Source of the DNA: Sphagnum compactum
Lineage: Eukaryota
Assembly (NCBI GenBank): GCA_965153455.1
Contig: OZ234494.1
Location: 12,958,001 to 13,022,000, forward strand
Direction of reading: 5' to 3'
DNA: 64,000 nt
The notes under the pieces are model-generated. The model saw only the letters and a list, made by a program, of their open reading frames with translations. It did not search any database and had not been told where the DNA came from. The number at the start of each line of letters is the position of its first letter. The stretch's first letter is position 1. The position numbers and the translations under genes are program-made. Positions 49,068-61,375 of the stretch are shown piece after piece.

Positions 49068-52000
49068 ATGGTGTCAACAACACCAAGCAATACAATGGAA
49101 TAAGTATTTTCTCCAAGATAAAAACATGATTAAATTATATTACAAAAGACTATGAATCAAAACATGGTTGATAAATGGCTCCTTTTTGGTTTCATGAAAG
49201 TCCATTTTTAACATGAGTTACAACTTTTACAATATGATAATTAACAACTTATGCATCTCACACGCATTCTTTAATATGTTGTCATTCCAAAATATGGAGG
49301 AAGCTATTGATGCTATAGGTGCTCGCCACCATGTTTGTAGCTGGAAGTTTTTTCGTTTGCTACTATTGTTGCAAGTATGGCAAAGACATGAGTTCTTGTG
49401 CTTCTTCTACATGTTCATGAGTTGGACCCAGGTTATTTCTAACTCAGAAGTTCAGAACTTCAATATTGTATAAATTCCTGTGGAAAGATGATCTCCACCT
49501 TGCTATTTTCACCTCCTTTCAATAATGAATTTGACTTGCAAAACTTCATAAGACAAGTGAAGAAGCTACTTGTAATATGATGTATCTAGGCGATTTCAGT
49601 TGAAGCTCTGGTCCTGATAGACAGCAGAACTCTCTGGCAATGCACTCAGTTCCGTGCAAGGACGAGTTCGACCGACTCTGGAGTCTCAATCGAGTCGTTT
49701 TCCAAAAACAGCACCTTAGATGATGCGACAGAAATTCTGAAATTTAGCGTGTTGTTCGAGAATTCGTGGCTATCGGTCATCAGCTCCTCTGCTGCATGTT
49801 CAACACCATCATGTCCTCCGGACTAATCTCTAGATATGTGGTACAAGTACTGCGGCTGCATGTTTGAACACAGTCTAAGCGTTAGGCTCGCGATCATGTC
49901 GCTTTCCAAAAATGATAGAATGAGATCAAGTGTTATCTGGCTGCATATTTAATCATCATAAAAAGAATTAACTTCTACATAGATTCACAAACGATTTAGT
50001 TTAGGATCTTCACCTTCCTGCTCTTTCGAAACTTAGTCGAGACTCGAGGCTGCTCACACGGCAGTGAGCACTATCAATCATCGAACATAAGTGAGGTGAA
50101 AGTTGTTGCCTGAGTGTGATGGAAACCTCATTAGCTGCAACTACTCAGTCTCTTCATCGCTTGAAATTCCCAGCTGGTACGCTGCACACACTGGATCTAT
50201 AAAACCAGATTTAACTAGGAAGTTGTAGCTGCCTCGGCTACTGAAGCTTTTCACCACCACTCTAACGATACAGCAGAAGTCTATGTGCTCATGATCCTGC
50301 AAGTTGCAGTGCTGCAAAGTCATTTGGAAGTTTTTCACAGTGAGGGTAGTACCAGGTCAGCGCCATCACAGAAAATTGTCAAATCAGAAACAAGTTGAGA
50401 AAAATTGAGTTTGAGTGCACTTACCTAAATTAAGATGATTTCTCATGTTATTACTTGGAGGACAATTCGATAAATGATTTGTAAGAACAATTTCAAGAAT
50501 TCACATGTTTTGACACTCATCTAGTATGCATGAAGGCTATGTCCGAATCATTTTTAATATTAAATTTTTTTTCATTTCATTCATACTAAACAAAATAAAA
50601 ACAAACTTTCTTTGCATAATAAATGTGAATTTTTTTTATGAAATTTTGAATGCTCCAGACATAGACTCCATGCAATGCTAGATAAAAAGATCAAAATTTG
50701 AAAACTCTTGAAACAAAGAAAGCACTCCTTATTTTTCAACTTCAGCTTTGAAATTTTTAAGACCAAAACCAATTAAGAAACATTCTACAAGTGAAAAGTT
50801 GTTGCTCCTAAATCAAATTGCTAACTAAACAAGAACAAGGAGGCCACCTTGAAGACATTTATAGTGCAACACTCGCAATTTCTGATCGCAAACCCCATGA
50901 CTTCCCAGCCTAATTTCCAAGGTGAAACAAAACAAACTGCACAGCGCACACTAATCTGAACAAAGTATTGAAACCTGGATATTTCACATCTGCAAAAACA
51001 CTTACAACAGCAACTGGATGACGTAGCAGCTTCTATCTCTGCAGACCTGCAACTGAACGGCAACTCCATGCTACTGTCGAAACAACATAGTCTCATCACT
51101 ACCAGCAATGACCCAGAGTACTCTGCACTCGGTCCCTCAGAGACTTGGCATCTTTCTCTCTCTCTAGATGCGACTTCAATAAGGTAACACCTGCAGATAA
51201 TAAATCACAATTACCAAACGCAATATGCACGAGTCGCACTGTCAGCCGCTCTCGATGCGACTTGGCTCGTCACTCTTTGCAACGCTCCAAGGCATGAGAC
51301 CGACAGGCATGTTGCTGGACGCGGCAAAGCATGAGGCCGTAAGCGAAGAAGAAGTGCTTGGGGCCGTGAGGCGCGAGAGAGAGAGAGAAAAAAAGGAGAT
51401 GGCACTGAAGGGGCAGTGAGCGGCCAATATATGTGGGCTAGGCAGGGATGTGCACATGGTGGGGCAGGGCAGCCGGATGGCTAAAAGCCAAGAGTTGCCC
51501 ATTTTGTGTTTGGCCCATGTTCGTCGCACACTGCCCAAAATGGTAACCCCAACTGTACCCTAACGAAGCCCAGGTTTGTCCTTCAACCCCTAAATGGAAA
51601 GCCTGCAGATATGGTCTGTCCATTTCTTTGGCATTGTTGTGTTGGGGTGTTGTAACTAGGAAACTTCAATTCAATTGGTCAAGAAAAGAAGGGAACCTGA
51701 TCCCAACCGACTAAACAGATTGGATTTACTTTTTTTTCCCAAATTCTTCCACCACACATGTTTGTCATGATTCAATCTTCACAACTGCAAAAAATCATTG
51801 GCTCAGATGCTGAACCTTCCACTTTAGGAAAATTCACTATATTAGTCTTACTGTGGTTGTTGCAAACACGGTATATGTATGAGGTAAGAAGTTACATATT
51901 GGGTGTGGGCGACGCTTACTTTGGTCCCATCCACAACCATCGGTAGCCACTTATAGCAACACACTGCATTCCCCTTTGAGAAATCCAGCCCCCTATTACT

Positions 52001-53918
52001 GATTTTTTTCCTTAGATGGGCAATTGTTAGTTGTCTCCACGGCTGATAGGTTTTGATTTTCGACACAATTTGTGCACATCTTGGGAAACCGGAGGTGTTG
52101 ACAAATGGCGTACTCATGGAGGAAGGAAGAGGGGAGGCCATTATTTCTGAAACATGGGGATTATGCATTCATCACTTATGAGCTCAGGGCATGTGCAAAA
52201 GACTCACTCTATGTTTATTTTGCAGTTCTTATGTGCACAAGTAAATTACATCAATGCTCCCCTTTTCGGGTGGAGATGGGGAGATAATTAACCCTCAATG
52301 TTAGATGTGGTAAACATTAGTAGAGTTACAGATAGGTGGGTGGAGGCCCACAAGTTATGAACTATAAACTTTCAACCATAAACTTTCTGGTTTAAATGGG
52401 GGAACTGCCTACCAGTCATGAATGCTGCCCTGGTAAAGAAAAACAAATTGTTGGCATCTAGAGCCATTTCCCCAACACCAACAGGGAACAAGGAGCACAA
52501 AAAAATGTGGCCTAGACTGATGGCTGAATACATACACTAGGTTGCGAGTTTGTTTTCTTTCTTCTTTTTTGGGGTTTTGTTTCATACCAAGTACATAGCC
52601 CTAGAATTTGTGTTATTAGGTCACTGTTTCCTGAAATCCGCCATTTGCATTTAAGAAGTAAGGGCCAACTTAACCTATTTTTTCTGAACTTGTGGTGTAT
52701 ATTTTATAGCCTGATTGTAGGGTGATCATTTGCTATGTTGAGGGGTGTACTTACACCGTCACTCTCATCTCATTTGTGTGGGTAACATTTTATCACATGT
52801 GACAAAAAAATACAAACTGCACCACTCACTTGACAAACAAGAGCCACCCCCTGAAATATCATGACGTTCCACATCTCATATGATCTTAGCTGGTACGAAT
52901 CTTGGAACACAAGCAACTACTAAAATATATGATCAAAGTTGCACATCAACACTTTGGGCCCCCCCCCCAAAAAACAGTTGTGAGGACAAAACAAGTTCTA
53001 TTACCATGACTAAAAATTGGTACCAACATCAAATTGTCTACTCCTTCACACAATTTGCTGGCAGGTTTCACCGTGTTATGCCAGCAAGTTGATAATAACA
53101 TAGGCATGGGGCCTGACAACTTTCCACTTTCTACCAACAAATTAGTTAGGGTACATTTAGTGCACCAACCACACACTTGCACCACACCTTCAGAGTTCAA
53201 AAGGTCACACATCAATGTTGCTGTGCGTTTCTGTTGCCCTAAGCACTATGCTGGAGTGGTAATAGGGTGAATGAACAGAAACCATTCATGAAATGTATAC
53301 AAACTAATGAAAGTTGTACAGGATATGGATGTAATAGCCACAACCTTGCCGCCTTATTTTCAGTTAGTTCTTTGCCCAAGACTCCCCCAGAGGTGTGCAT
53401 GTATATCACGCAAGCATTTCCCATTCTTTTGCATTATGACATTAATTTGTGTAAAGCTTGTCTGCTTGTCTACTTGTCTACTCTTTACAATGACAATGTC
53501 CAAAACAATAATCTTAGACCACCCCTGGACATCGTTTTCCTTACTTTGTATCGCGACACTCTGTGAAAAGCTTGTCTACTTTCTCTCCACTTTACAATGA
53601 CCATTTCCCAAAGCAATAGTAGTTTAAACCATCCCTGGACATTGATCATCTTGGATTTGGAGCCTGTACACTGCACTAATCTCCAGGATTGAAATACATG
53701 AACTTTTAAGCTTTTATGAAACTTTTATACACTTCTTAGAGTGTTAACTGTTTTCCAAGCCCCACACAGAAACATGACAAATTGGACACTAAAAGATCAT
53801 ACATGAGAGGCTATTTAAATGCCATAACCAAGGTCAATCATCATGGTCGGCCAATCAGAAGCAGTCAGTGCTTCTAGTGGGAGTTGTTGAGACCATCGTA
53901 TAATGTGGAGATTTTCAA
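49068..53918 (-). repeat. Right arm of the large inverted repeat
   Basis: Reverse complement of 16856-22418 without the Helitron. Differs by scattered substitutions and small indels. Confidence 0.95.
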
Positions 53919-54615
53919 TTTTGTATCCATTTGCACACTATTTGAAGGATGCACTTCATCCAAAGTGCAGCATACAGGCCACTTTACTGCTGCCAGTGAA
54001 CCTAGTCTTAGGCCTGTTTAGCTTTCAGAGTATAAACAAAGCTGCCCTTCCAATGAAACAAGTTGGTACTATGCTTGACAACCATCTACAAAGCGTAACC
54101 AAATTTGAGCTTTCCAATATAACACAATTACTGGCTCTGCCTGGAATTAGTTCTCCACTTTGAAAGGCGGTGCCCTTGAGGTCAATGCACCAATGATTGT
54201 TGTATGTGGGATGATCCAAAGGTCAATGCAAATGTTGGGATGAAAAAGCAACATACCACAGCTAGATAGACAGAATGCAATGTTCAATCATTTATTAATC
54301 AATGTGTTGATATAATGCCACATCAAATGAAGGGAATTGAGAATGGGAAATAAATTTTTTGTCTTTTCATTCTAAACATATGAAAAGTATTAAGAACGAA
54401 GCAATAAAGTGTGCTTAATGTCATATATACGATTTTTATCATATTGGTTATTTTTATTTTATTTTTGGTCTTTGCTTTGCATTAAATTATATATATAGGT
54501 TTAATTTTGAATCAATTACTTTTAAAATTTTCTTGTACAAATTAGCAAGGCACTAAATATCGATGAAATCTCTTAGTTTGCTATGAGCAAGTTGAGAAGG
54601 AAATATCAATTCAAT

Positions 54616-55665
54616 GGGTGTAGTCACACAAACAAGAATCACAACAAGTGTAATGTTTGTTTAATTTTTAAAAGTGCCAATTTAATTTGTTGTTGAAAGT
54701 ATAAGATTTTTTCATATTGTAAGATTTTTAATATATCATTGAAACATGTGAATTAAATTGAAAAATATTCAATGAATAAAAAGTTCTCAAAAACACTCAT
54801 TAAACACTGTAATGGTTGTTTTTAAACATAAAAATGACTTGTAATGAGGTTCAAAACTTTTGAAAATGAAATATTTCTTGAAAACTTTAACATAAACATT
54901 AACAAATAACATAAAGAAAATTTTCAAGATTTAAAAAAAATTATTCAAAAATTTTGTGAAAATATTTTTAAGAATATTCTTTCAAAAGTAGTCCTCTAAG
55001 CAAGCAAGTGTGGCTTGTGTTATGTCATTTGCACCCCAATGTTAATGTGTGGAAAACGGATTCACCCTTTGCAAAATGCACAATATGTGAATCTTTGAAA
55101 ACCTAATATCCAAAGTTGGAAAAATTAGTGTTAGTGTTAAAAATTGATCAATTAATTTGATCAATTGTCGATTAACCTAACTGGAATGATTGTTCATTGG
55201 CATAGGGATGAAATGTTAGTTCAATAAGCTACAAATGGGATAACACAAGCCACACTTGCTTGGTTTTTAACTTTTTTTTTTACTGGTTTTTTGGGAATTC
55301 TTAGAATATTTTTGAAATATTCTTGAAATATTCTTTTTTAAATAAGTAAATTTTCTTCATACTATTTTATTAAGGTTTATGTTAAAAATTTGGCAAAAAA
55401 TGTCATTTTCAAAAAAATTCAAATCCATTTACAAGTCCTTTTACTGCTTAAAAACAACTGTTACAATGATTAATAAGTGTTTTTTTTAATTTTTTACTCA
55501 TTGGATTAATTTCAAATTAATTCACATGTTTGCATGATATATTAAAAATACAACTATATGAACAAATTTTACAATTTCAACATAAAATTAAATTACGATT
55601 TTAAAACATGAAAAAACCAAGCAAGCATTACACGTGTTATGGTACATGTTATTATGATTGCACCC
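54616..55665. mobile_element. Foldback / Mutator-like non-autonomous element with ~400-bp degenerate TIRs
   Basis: gggtgtagtca ... tgattgcaccc termini; internal inverted pairs aaacatgtgaattaa/ttaattcacatgttt and agcaagtgtggcttgtgttat/ataacacaagccacacttgct. No clean TSD. Confidence 0.7.
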
Positions 55666-56344
55666 AATACTCCAATGAATTCTAGCCAAATGCCTCAATT
55701 TGACCATTGGATATCTTTTACATTTGTTTAAAATTTTGTCAATAATGGTGTCTCACAATATTTGGCATTTTTTCTTCCAAGATTCTTGGGCAACCAAGTT
55801 TCCTTGGCCAAAATTTATTCTAAGGGGAGGATTGTTTGGTCTCCTAAATCAAATGCATGATTTGATTCATTATTGAAGGGAGGGACAAATTGTTATCATT
55901 AAAGTTAGATATATTGTAAAAGTTCATTGATAGGAAAAAAACACATTATTATTTCTTCCAAAGTGCTATTGGGGACTGATATCATAACAAGGATTCTTCA
56001 CATACAAAAAATGAAAGGATATATATATGTTGGCAAACACAAGCCAGGTTAATGAATAAACACTTAAGCTTTTAGAGAATTTTAATCCTAATACATTGTC
56101 CTTTTGCTTTTCAAGTGCAAAAGTTTTTTTAAACCTTGATTTTCCACATCCATAGCCATTTAAATTGCTAAAAAAAAACACAAAATGAAGAAAATATTGT
56201 TGTTGAAAGTAAACAAGGTCAATGTTTGGTCATTAGCCTAATTCACATTTTAAAATTTAGTACATTCAATTTCATCATGGCTCTTTTGTGTTGTTCCTTT
56301 ACCTCTAAAGTTCAAATAGTTATGTAGATCTTAACTTGGTCATG

Positions 56345-57010
56345 TTACGTATTTATTTTGGGTGGTGGAACAATATCATGACAAAGTAAACAACAACAAA
56401 CAATTGCATTATCCTCAACTGAAGTAGATTATATTGCAAGTGCTTCATCAACTAGAAAAGCGATATGGATCAAACAATTAATGAAGGAGATTGGATTTCA
56501 TCAACTAGGACCACCACTTTTGCATTGTGATGATCAATCGTGCATAACTTTGACTACAAATCCTTGTCATGATGATAGATCAAAACATATTGACATAAAA
56601 CATCATTATCATCATGAGAAAATAGAACATGAAAATATTATAGTTCTATACTATCCCATAGAGGACATGATTGGCAATGTGCTAACCAAAGCCCTACCTA
56701 AACCTAAACACATGAAATGTTTAACTCGTATGAGGATCATTGGACTTCCTGATTAATCTAGACTTGGGTTAAAGAGAGGTGTTTCGTAAATAACCTAATT
56801 ATCTAGATTCATTAATCATTTAATTTATTGTTGTGACGTTTCATCATCAAGAGGTGTGATCTTTCCTGCTTAAGGACTCTACTTAAGTGTATTCATGTAT
56901 TCATTGATCGTATTCATAAAACATTAAAGTTATGCGTAAAGTCAGGAAAAGACAGGAAAAGACGGCACTGGAACCCCCTTTTTGGTCACATAGGGGATGA
57001 GATTTCAAAA

Positions 57011-57048
<38 letters not shown>

Positions 57049-57236
57049 TCAATGGGCTTAAAGAGGCCATGAAACTGAGTTTAGCACCAAATTTGGTGCT
57101 AAACTGAGTTCGCCCTGTCCTTTTTTCCGTGAACGCCTTCAAGTATTCACTGGTGTATGTGTACTGTAGCTATAAAATGTTCTCGAGCCTCCTGCATTTA
57201 ATCCTGAGTCTCAGTATTTCAAACCCTTATTTAACA
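56345..57236 (+). mobile_element. Ty1/copia 3' remnant: RNase H, PPT and putative 3' LTR
   Basis: LGGGTIS*QSKQQQTIALSSTEVDYIA...IWIKQLMKEIG...CDDQSCI...RSKHIDIKHH...VLTKALPKPK; PPT aaagagagg then TG at 56780. The LTR end ttaaCA at ~57236 is tentative. Confidence 0.85.
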
Positions 57237-57274
57237 AAATTTCATGACTTTGCAGACACCAGCCAGGAGGAGAT

Positions 57275-57442
57275 GAAGCATCAAAAGAGGGGTGCAACTC
57301 AGGCCCAACAGGGCACAGACTTTAGAGATAACTCTATTGTGTCTCTTGCACCTTGGTACGAAGCATCAAATGAGGGGTGCAACTCAGGCCCAACAGGGCA
57401 CAGACTTTAGAGATAACTCTATTGTGTCTCTTGCACCTTGGT
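57275..57442. repeat. Tandem duplication, 85-bp period, 2 copies
   Basis: gaagcatcaaa-gaggggtgcaactcaggccc...gcaccttggt at 57275 and 57360. Confidence 0.9.
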
Positions 57443-58743
57443 TTCCCAACACCCTGTTTGTGAGACACTCTTTACAATTGATTATGTGATGAATCCCTTG
57501 TTACACATGCATATGTTTGCCTTGTTATAGTGAAAGGTTCACTCTTGCGTCATTTGTTAAACAATTAGTTATCTGAAGTTTGAAGAATTCATAGGAGAAG
57601 ACAAAAAGGCAACTTTTAATGAAGCTACCTAGGCAACTTCACTTGCAACTCTGTCTTCAATTTTGAATTGGGTCCTTCCATATGGCTATTACTTTGGGGT
57701 GTTCCACAACAAAAAGGAACCCTGGGTCTGCTTCTGGTCTGGTTCTTTAAAAAAAAAATTCAGTTAGCCTACTCCCCCAAGAGGAGGAATTACAAGGGTG
57801 GACCACAAAGAGTTGGACACTTCAAGGAAACACCCCAAGATTATCCCATTTGGGTGATGGAAGGGGATTCAATTGGTTTATAGCTCGCGAGAAGCAAGGT
57901 TGGACATGGATTGGACCAAGCTCCATCTTTGTTCCCATTACCTACCTACCTACCTACCTACAAGCTATCCCACAATTTGTCCCCTACCATACATATTCCT
58001 ATGTTGCATTGTCAGCCAATTCCATTTCTTTGATGTTATCTTATAGTGACCCTAATAAGGTTCTTTCTTTGCATTGTCACTTCAAGAATCAAGGATATGC
58101 AATGTCCCACTACAAGCTCAATGATAGCGACCACAATAAATCAAACTTTGGCAAACGTGTGATTTTGATATGCCTATTTGGACTTCTGTCATGCAGCCCA
58201 CCTGGATCCCACTTCAAATCACTTCTTCTTGGCTCTGTTGGGGGTTGCCCAAAAAGTTGTTTTTGGTGGGGTGGGACTACTAAAGATTAGGCTGTCCTAT
58301 TTCTAGAGCTCACAATAGCATGTACTTAAACTATGGGATAATATAAAAGAATACATTTGAGGTTAAACATGGAAATTGTGTGAACAACATCAAGAACATT
58401 TGGCAAAGCATATGGGTCAACAAAAAGGAATGTATACTAGGGACACATGGGAACTTTGGGAACAACACAAGGAACACTTCACAAAACATATGGGATGAAA
58501 TTAGGGAACACATTTAACATCATGTGTTATATCAAAAAGTGATTACGAATAATGAACATTTAGTTTGTTTGCATGGAAAAAAGATACAAAGAACTAATGA
58601 TGCTTTTGGGTTTGAAACAAATAGAGTGTGCATTGCAACTCAAATAAATGGATCATAAGTTGTTCCATTCAAACTTTCATAAATTGCATGTTTTGACCAA
58701 ATAAATATCACCTCATTTATGTTACCTTTTTTATTTTAAAATT

Positions 58744-59120
58744 TTAATATAAATTACACCTTTTCCATCCTATGTAAGAAATCCAACCCTCGTGACTTTT
58801 GTGCCATAAAACCACCACAATGCATGGAGGATGAAAACAACCATGTGGATGAATCAATGGAACCATTCCAATCAACAATACCACTTTTTGCCTTCTGCAT
58901 TGATGAGTAGATAGATTTTTTGTAATCACAAGAACTTCACCAATCCCCACTAAACCCTTATCCACCAAGTGCAAGATTGTGTATAATGGTTGTAAATTTG
59001 TGATTATTATTTGGGCATGTTTCCAAACTTCATAAAACCAAACAGAAATTTCAAAGTCCCAAACTTTTTTGGTTGATCCTGAACCAATCCATTTTGACCA
59101 TGCACTTGAGACCACCATCT
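58744..59120 (-). mobile_element. Decayed hAT (DUF659-type) transposase fragment
   Basis: MVVSSAWSKW...W...LQPLYTILHLVD, with HMVVFILH in a shifted frame resembling the PLHAAAYxLxP motif. Cut at ~59121 by a repeat insertion. Confidence 0.55.
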
Positions 59121-59517
59121 ATGACACGTCCCCAAACTCCTTGAAGAACCCAAATGTGGGTCCCAAACTGAGATGACGAAAAAAGAAAAGAGTCAGGCCA
59201 CGTTCCCTAATTCGCAACACTTCGAGGGTAAAAACGCGTGTTTGAGTTTTAGGATGGGACTAGAACAAACTCACGAGCAAAAGTTCAAAATGAAATCAAC
59301 TTGTTATTGAAATAAAATTGAATATAAATTTAAATACATTGCCCAAGTAATTTGTAACAAAATTTTCCTAAACCCAAACAAAAGGTCATCACAAAATTGA
59401 TGAACCACAATAATCAAATATTGTCATCTAAAACTTGAACCATAATTTTCTCATTCTACCTTGTTTGCTTGAAATCTACCATATTATGACATTCAATGTC
59501 ACATGTGAAATGAAATC

Positions 59518-60100
59518 AATAACATATACATAACATTGTAATACAAAAGATATATAAATGTTCATCTTTTCAATTTAAATAAAACTAGTTTACAATTATA
59601 GTGCCACTAACAAAACTTATATTTATCACAAAAATGCAACATACATAACATTGTAATGCAAAAGATATTTAAATGTTCATCCTTTCAATTTAAATAGAAC
59701 TAGTTTACAATTGCAGTGCCACTAACAAAACTTATTTATCATTAAAATGCAATATACATAACATCATGATGCAAAAGATATTTAAATGTCCATCCTTTCA
59801 ACTTAAATAAAAATTAGTTTACAAATGCAATGCCACTAATATAGAACTTATTTATCACTAAAAGATAACATACATAACATTGTAATGCCAAAAATATTTA
59901 AATGTTCATCCTTTCAATTTAAATAAAAATTAGTTTACAATTACAATGCCATAACAAAACTTATTTATCACAAATGCAATACACATAACATCATGATGCA
60001 AAAAATATTTAAATGTTCATCCTTTCAACTTAAATAAAATTGGTTTACAAATGCAATGCCACAAATATAAAACTTATTTATCATTAAAATACAACATAGA
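59518..60100. repeat. AT-rich tandem repeat, ~115-bp unit, 5 copies
   Basis: atacataacat...aaagatatttaaatgttcatcctttcaa...agtttacaa...gccactaacaaaacttatttatca repeated. Confidence 0.9.
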
Positions 60101-60474
60101 AAACGTTGATACAAATAAAAGTACAATTAGTTATACTTGCATACAATGACAATTTCCAAAATAAAATGCATCACATACTTGGAGTATTGAGGTTAGAATT
60201 CATCTTCAACATGCCTTTGTTGTTTTGGAATTTTTTTCTTGCAGGTATTGTTTTGGATTATTACATAACAAACAACAACACATTCAATGACATAGATATT
60301 AACAACCCAAATAAATTATACAACATCACATGTGTATGCTCTTCTATTCAAAACTATAGTTTTCAAATAAAAACATTATTTTATTTTTGAAAAAACCTTA
60401 CTTTGTATGCATAACTGTAATTTCGATGAATTCAAACATTATAATGCAAATAAACATTTCATGAAACATAAATC

Positions 60475-60630
60475 ATGAACTTTCAACCTTCAAGAGCAAA
60501 AAATAAAGATTTTTCAACCTTTAAAAACAAAAACAAGAACTTTCAACCTCCAATAACAAAAGCTTTCAGCCTTCAAAAAGAAGAACATGAACTTTCAACT
60601 TCCAAGAACAAAAACCTTCACCCTTCCAGA
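60475..60630. repeat. Short tandem array, ~25-30 bp unit
   Basis: tttcaaccttcaagaacaaaa variants repeated about 6 times. Confidence 0.7.
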
Positions 60631-60650
60631 TTTTGAACAAAACATACAAA

Positions 60651-61375
60651 TGTCACAACATTAACATTGGGTTCGCAACTAAGTTTGGAGTGCACGGGCA
60701 CAAGAGGCAAAGATAGCGTGTTCGAGAATGAAACACATTTTCACAAATGGGGGAGAATGCAAAAGATTGAGCCCAATGACTCCTAAGTGCATTCTCATTT
60801 TAAAAGTTGCATTCGTGCAGGAGTTTCGAATGTTCAGAACCTTAGTTAAAAAAGAAAAAAAACTCCAAATTGCGCCTTCAAAATACCATTGGACATATTT
60901 TGAAGTATAGATGTTTAAAGTGCCCTCACATTATCCATTTAAACCTAAAATGCATGAATTATGATCAAAAGAAAGGTCGATCCCAATTTGATTTTTGATC
61001 ACAAATCCTTTTAGAGCAGGGGTCAAATCATTTCCAATTAGGGCATACAATACACCATTGGAAAGATGATTTTGAAGTCTATAAAATATTGTTTTGCATG
61101 TTCCAAAAAGACTTGATTTGGGGAAAATATGAACGTCCAAAGTTTTGAAACAATAAGAATCCCAATTTTGAGACTTCCACTAGGAAGTCTTGAAAAAAAT
61201 TGCCATTTGGATGTAGCCCCCACAAAGAATCATAGAATATATTATAAGGAGGGGAGTGGTGCTTCCTCCCAAAGGTTGTGGGGCTTGTAAAGCTTGTGTT
61301 TGTGATTGTCCCTACTAAGTCCGTCACACCACTTGCGTTCAATTTGCATTAACCGCCCTTTTCACCATTTGCTTC
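60651..61375 (+). mobile_element. LTR-like repeat related to 23518-24453
   Basis: Starts TGTCACAAC..tgggttcgcaactaag and shares downstream blocks such as gatgtagcccc...agaatatattataagg..gggagtggtgcttc. Confidence 0.55.

Noticed and set aside
16856-53918. Palindrome arms as TIRs of a giant transposon (Maverick-like)
   Set aside because: No TSD at the outer flanks (ttaacct vs ttttgta), no integrase, polymerase or intact transposase in the spacer, and a third direct copy lies inside.
59518-60100. CRISPR-like array
   Set aside because: The whole unit repeats with no unique spacers, there are no cas genes, and the context is eukaryotic. The same applies to 2228-2500 and 37410-37570.
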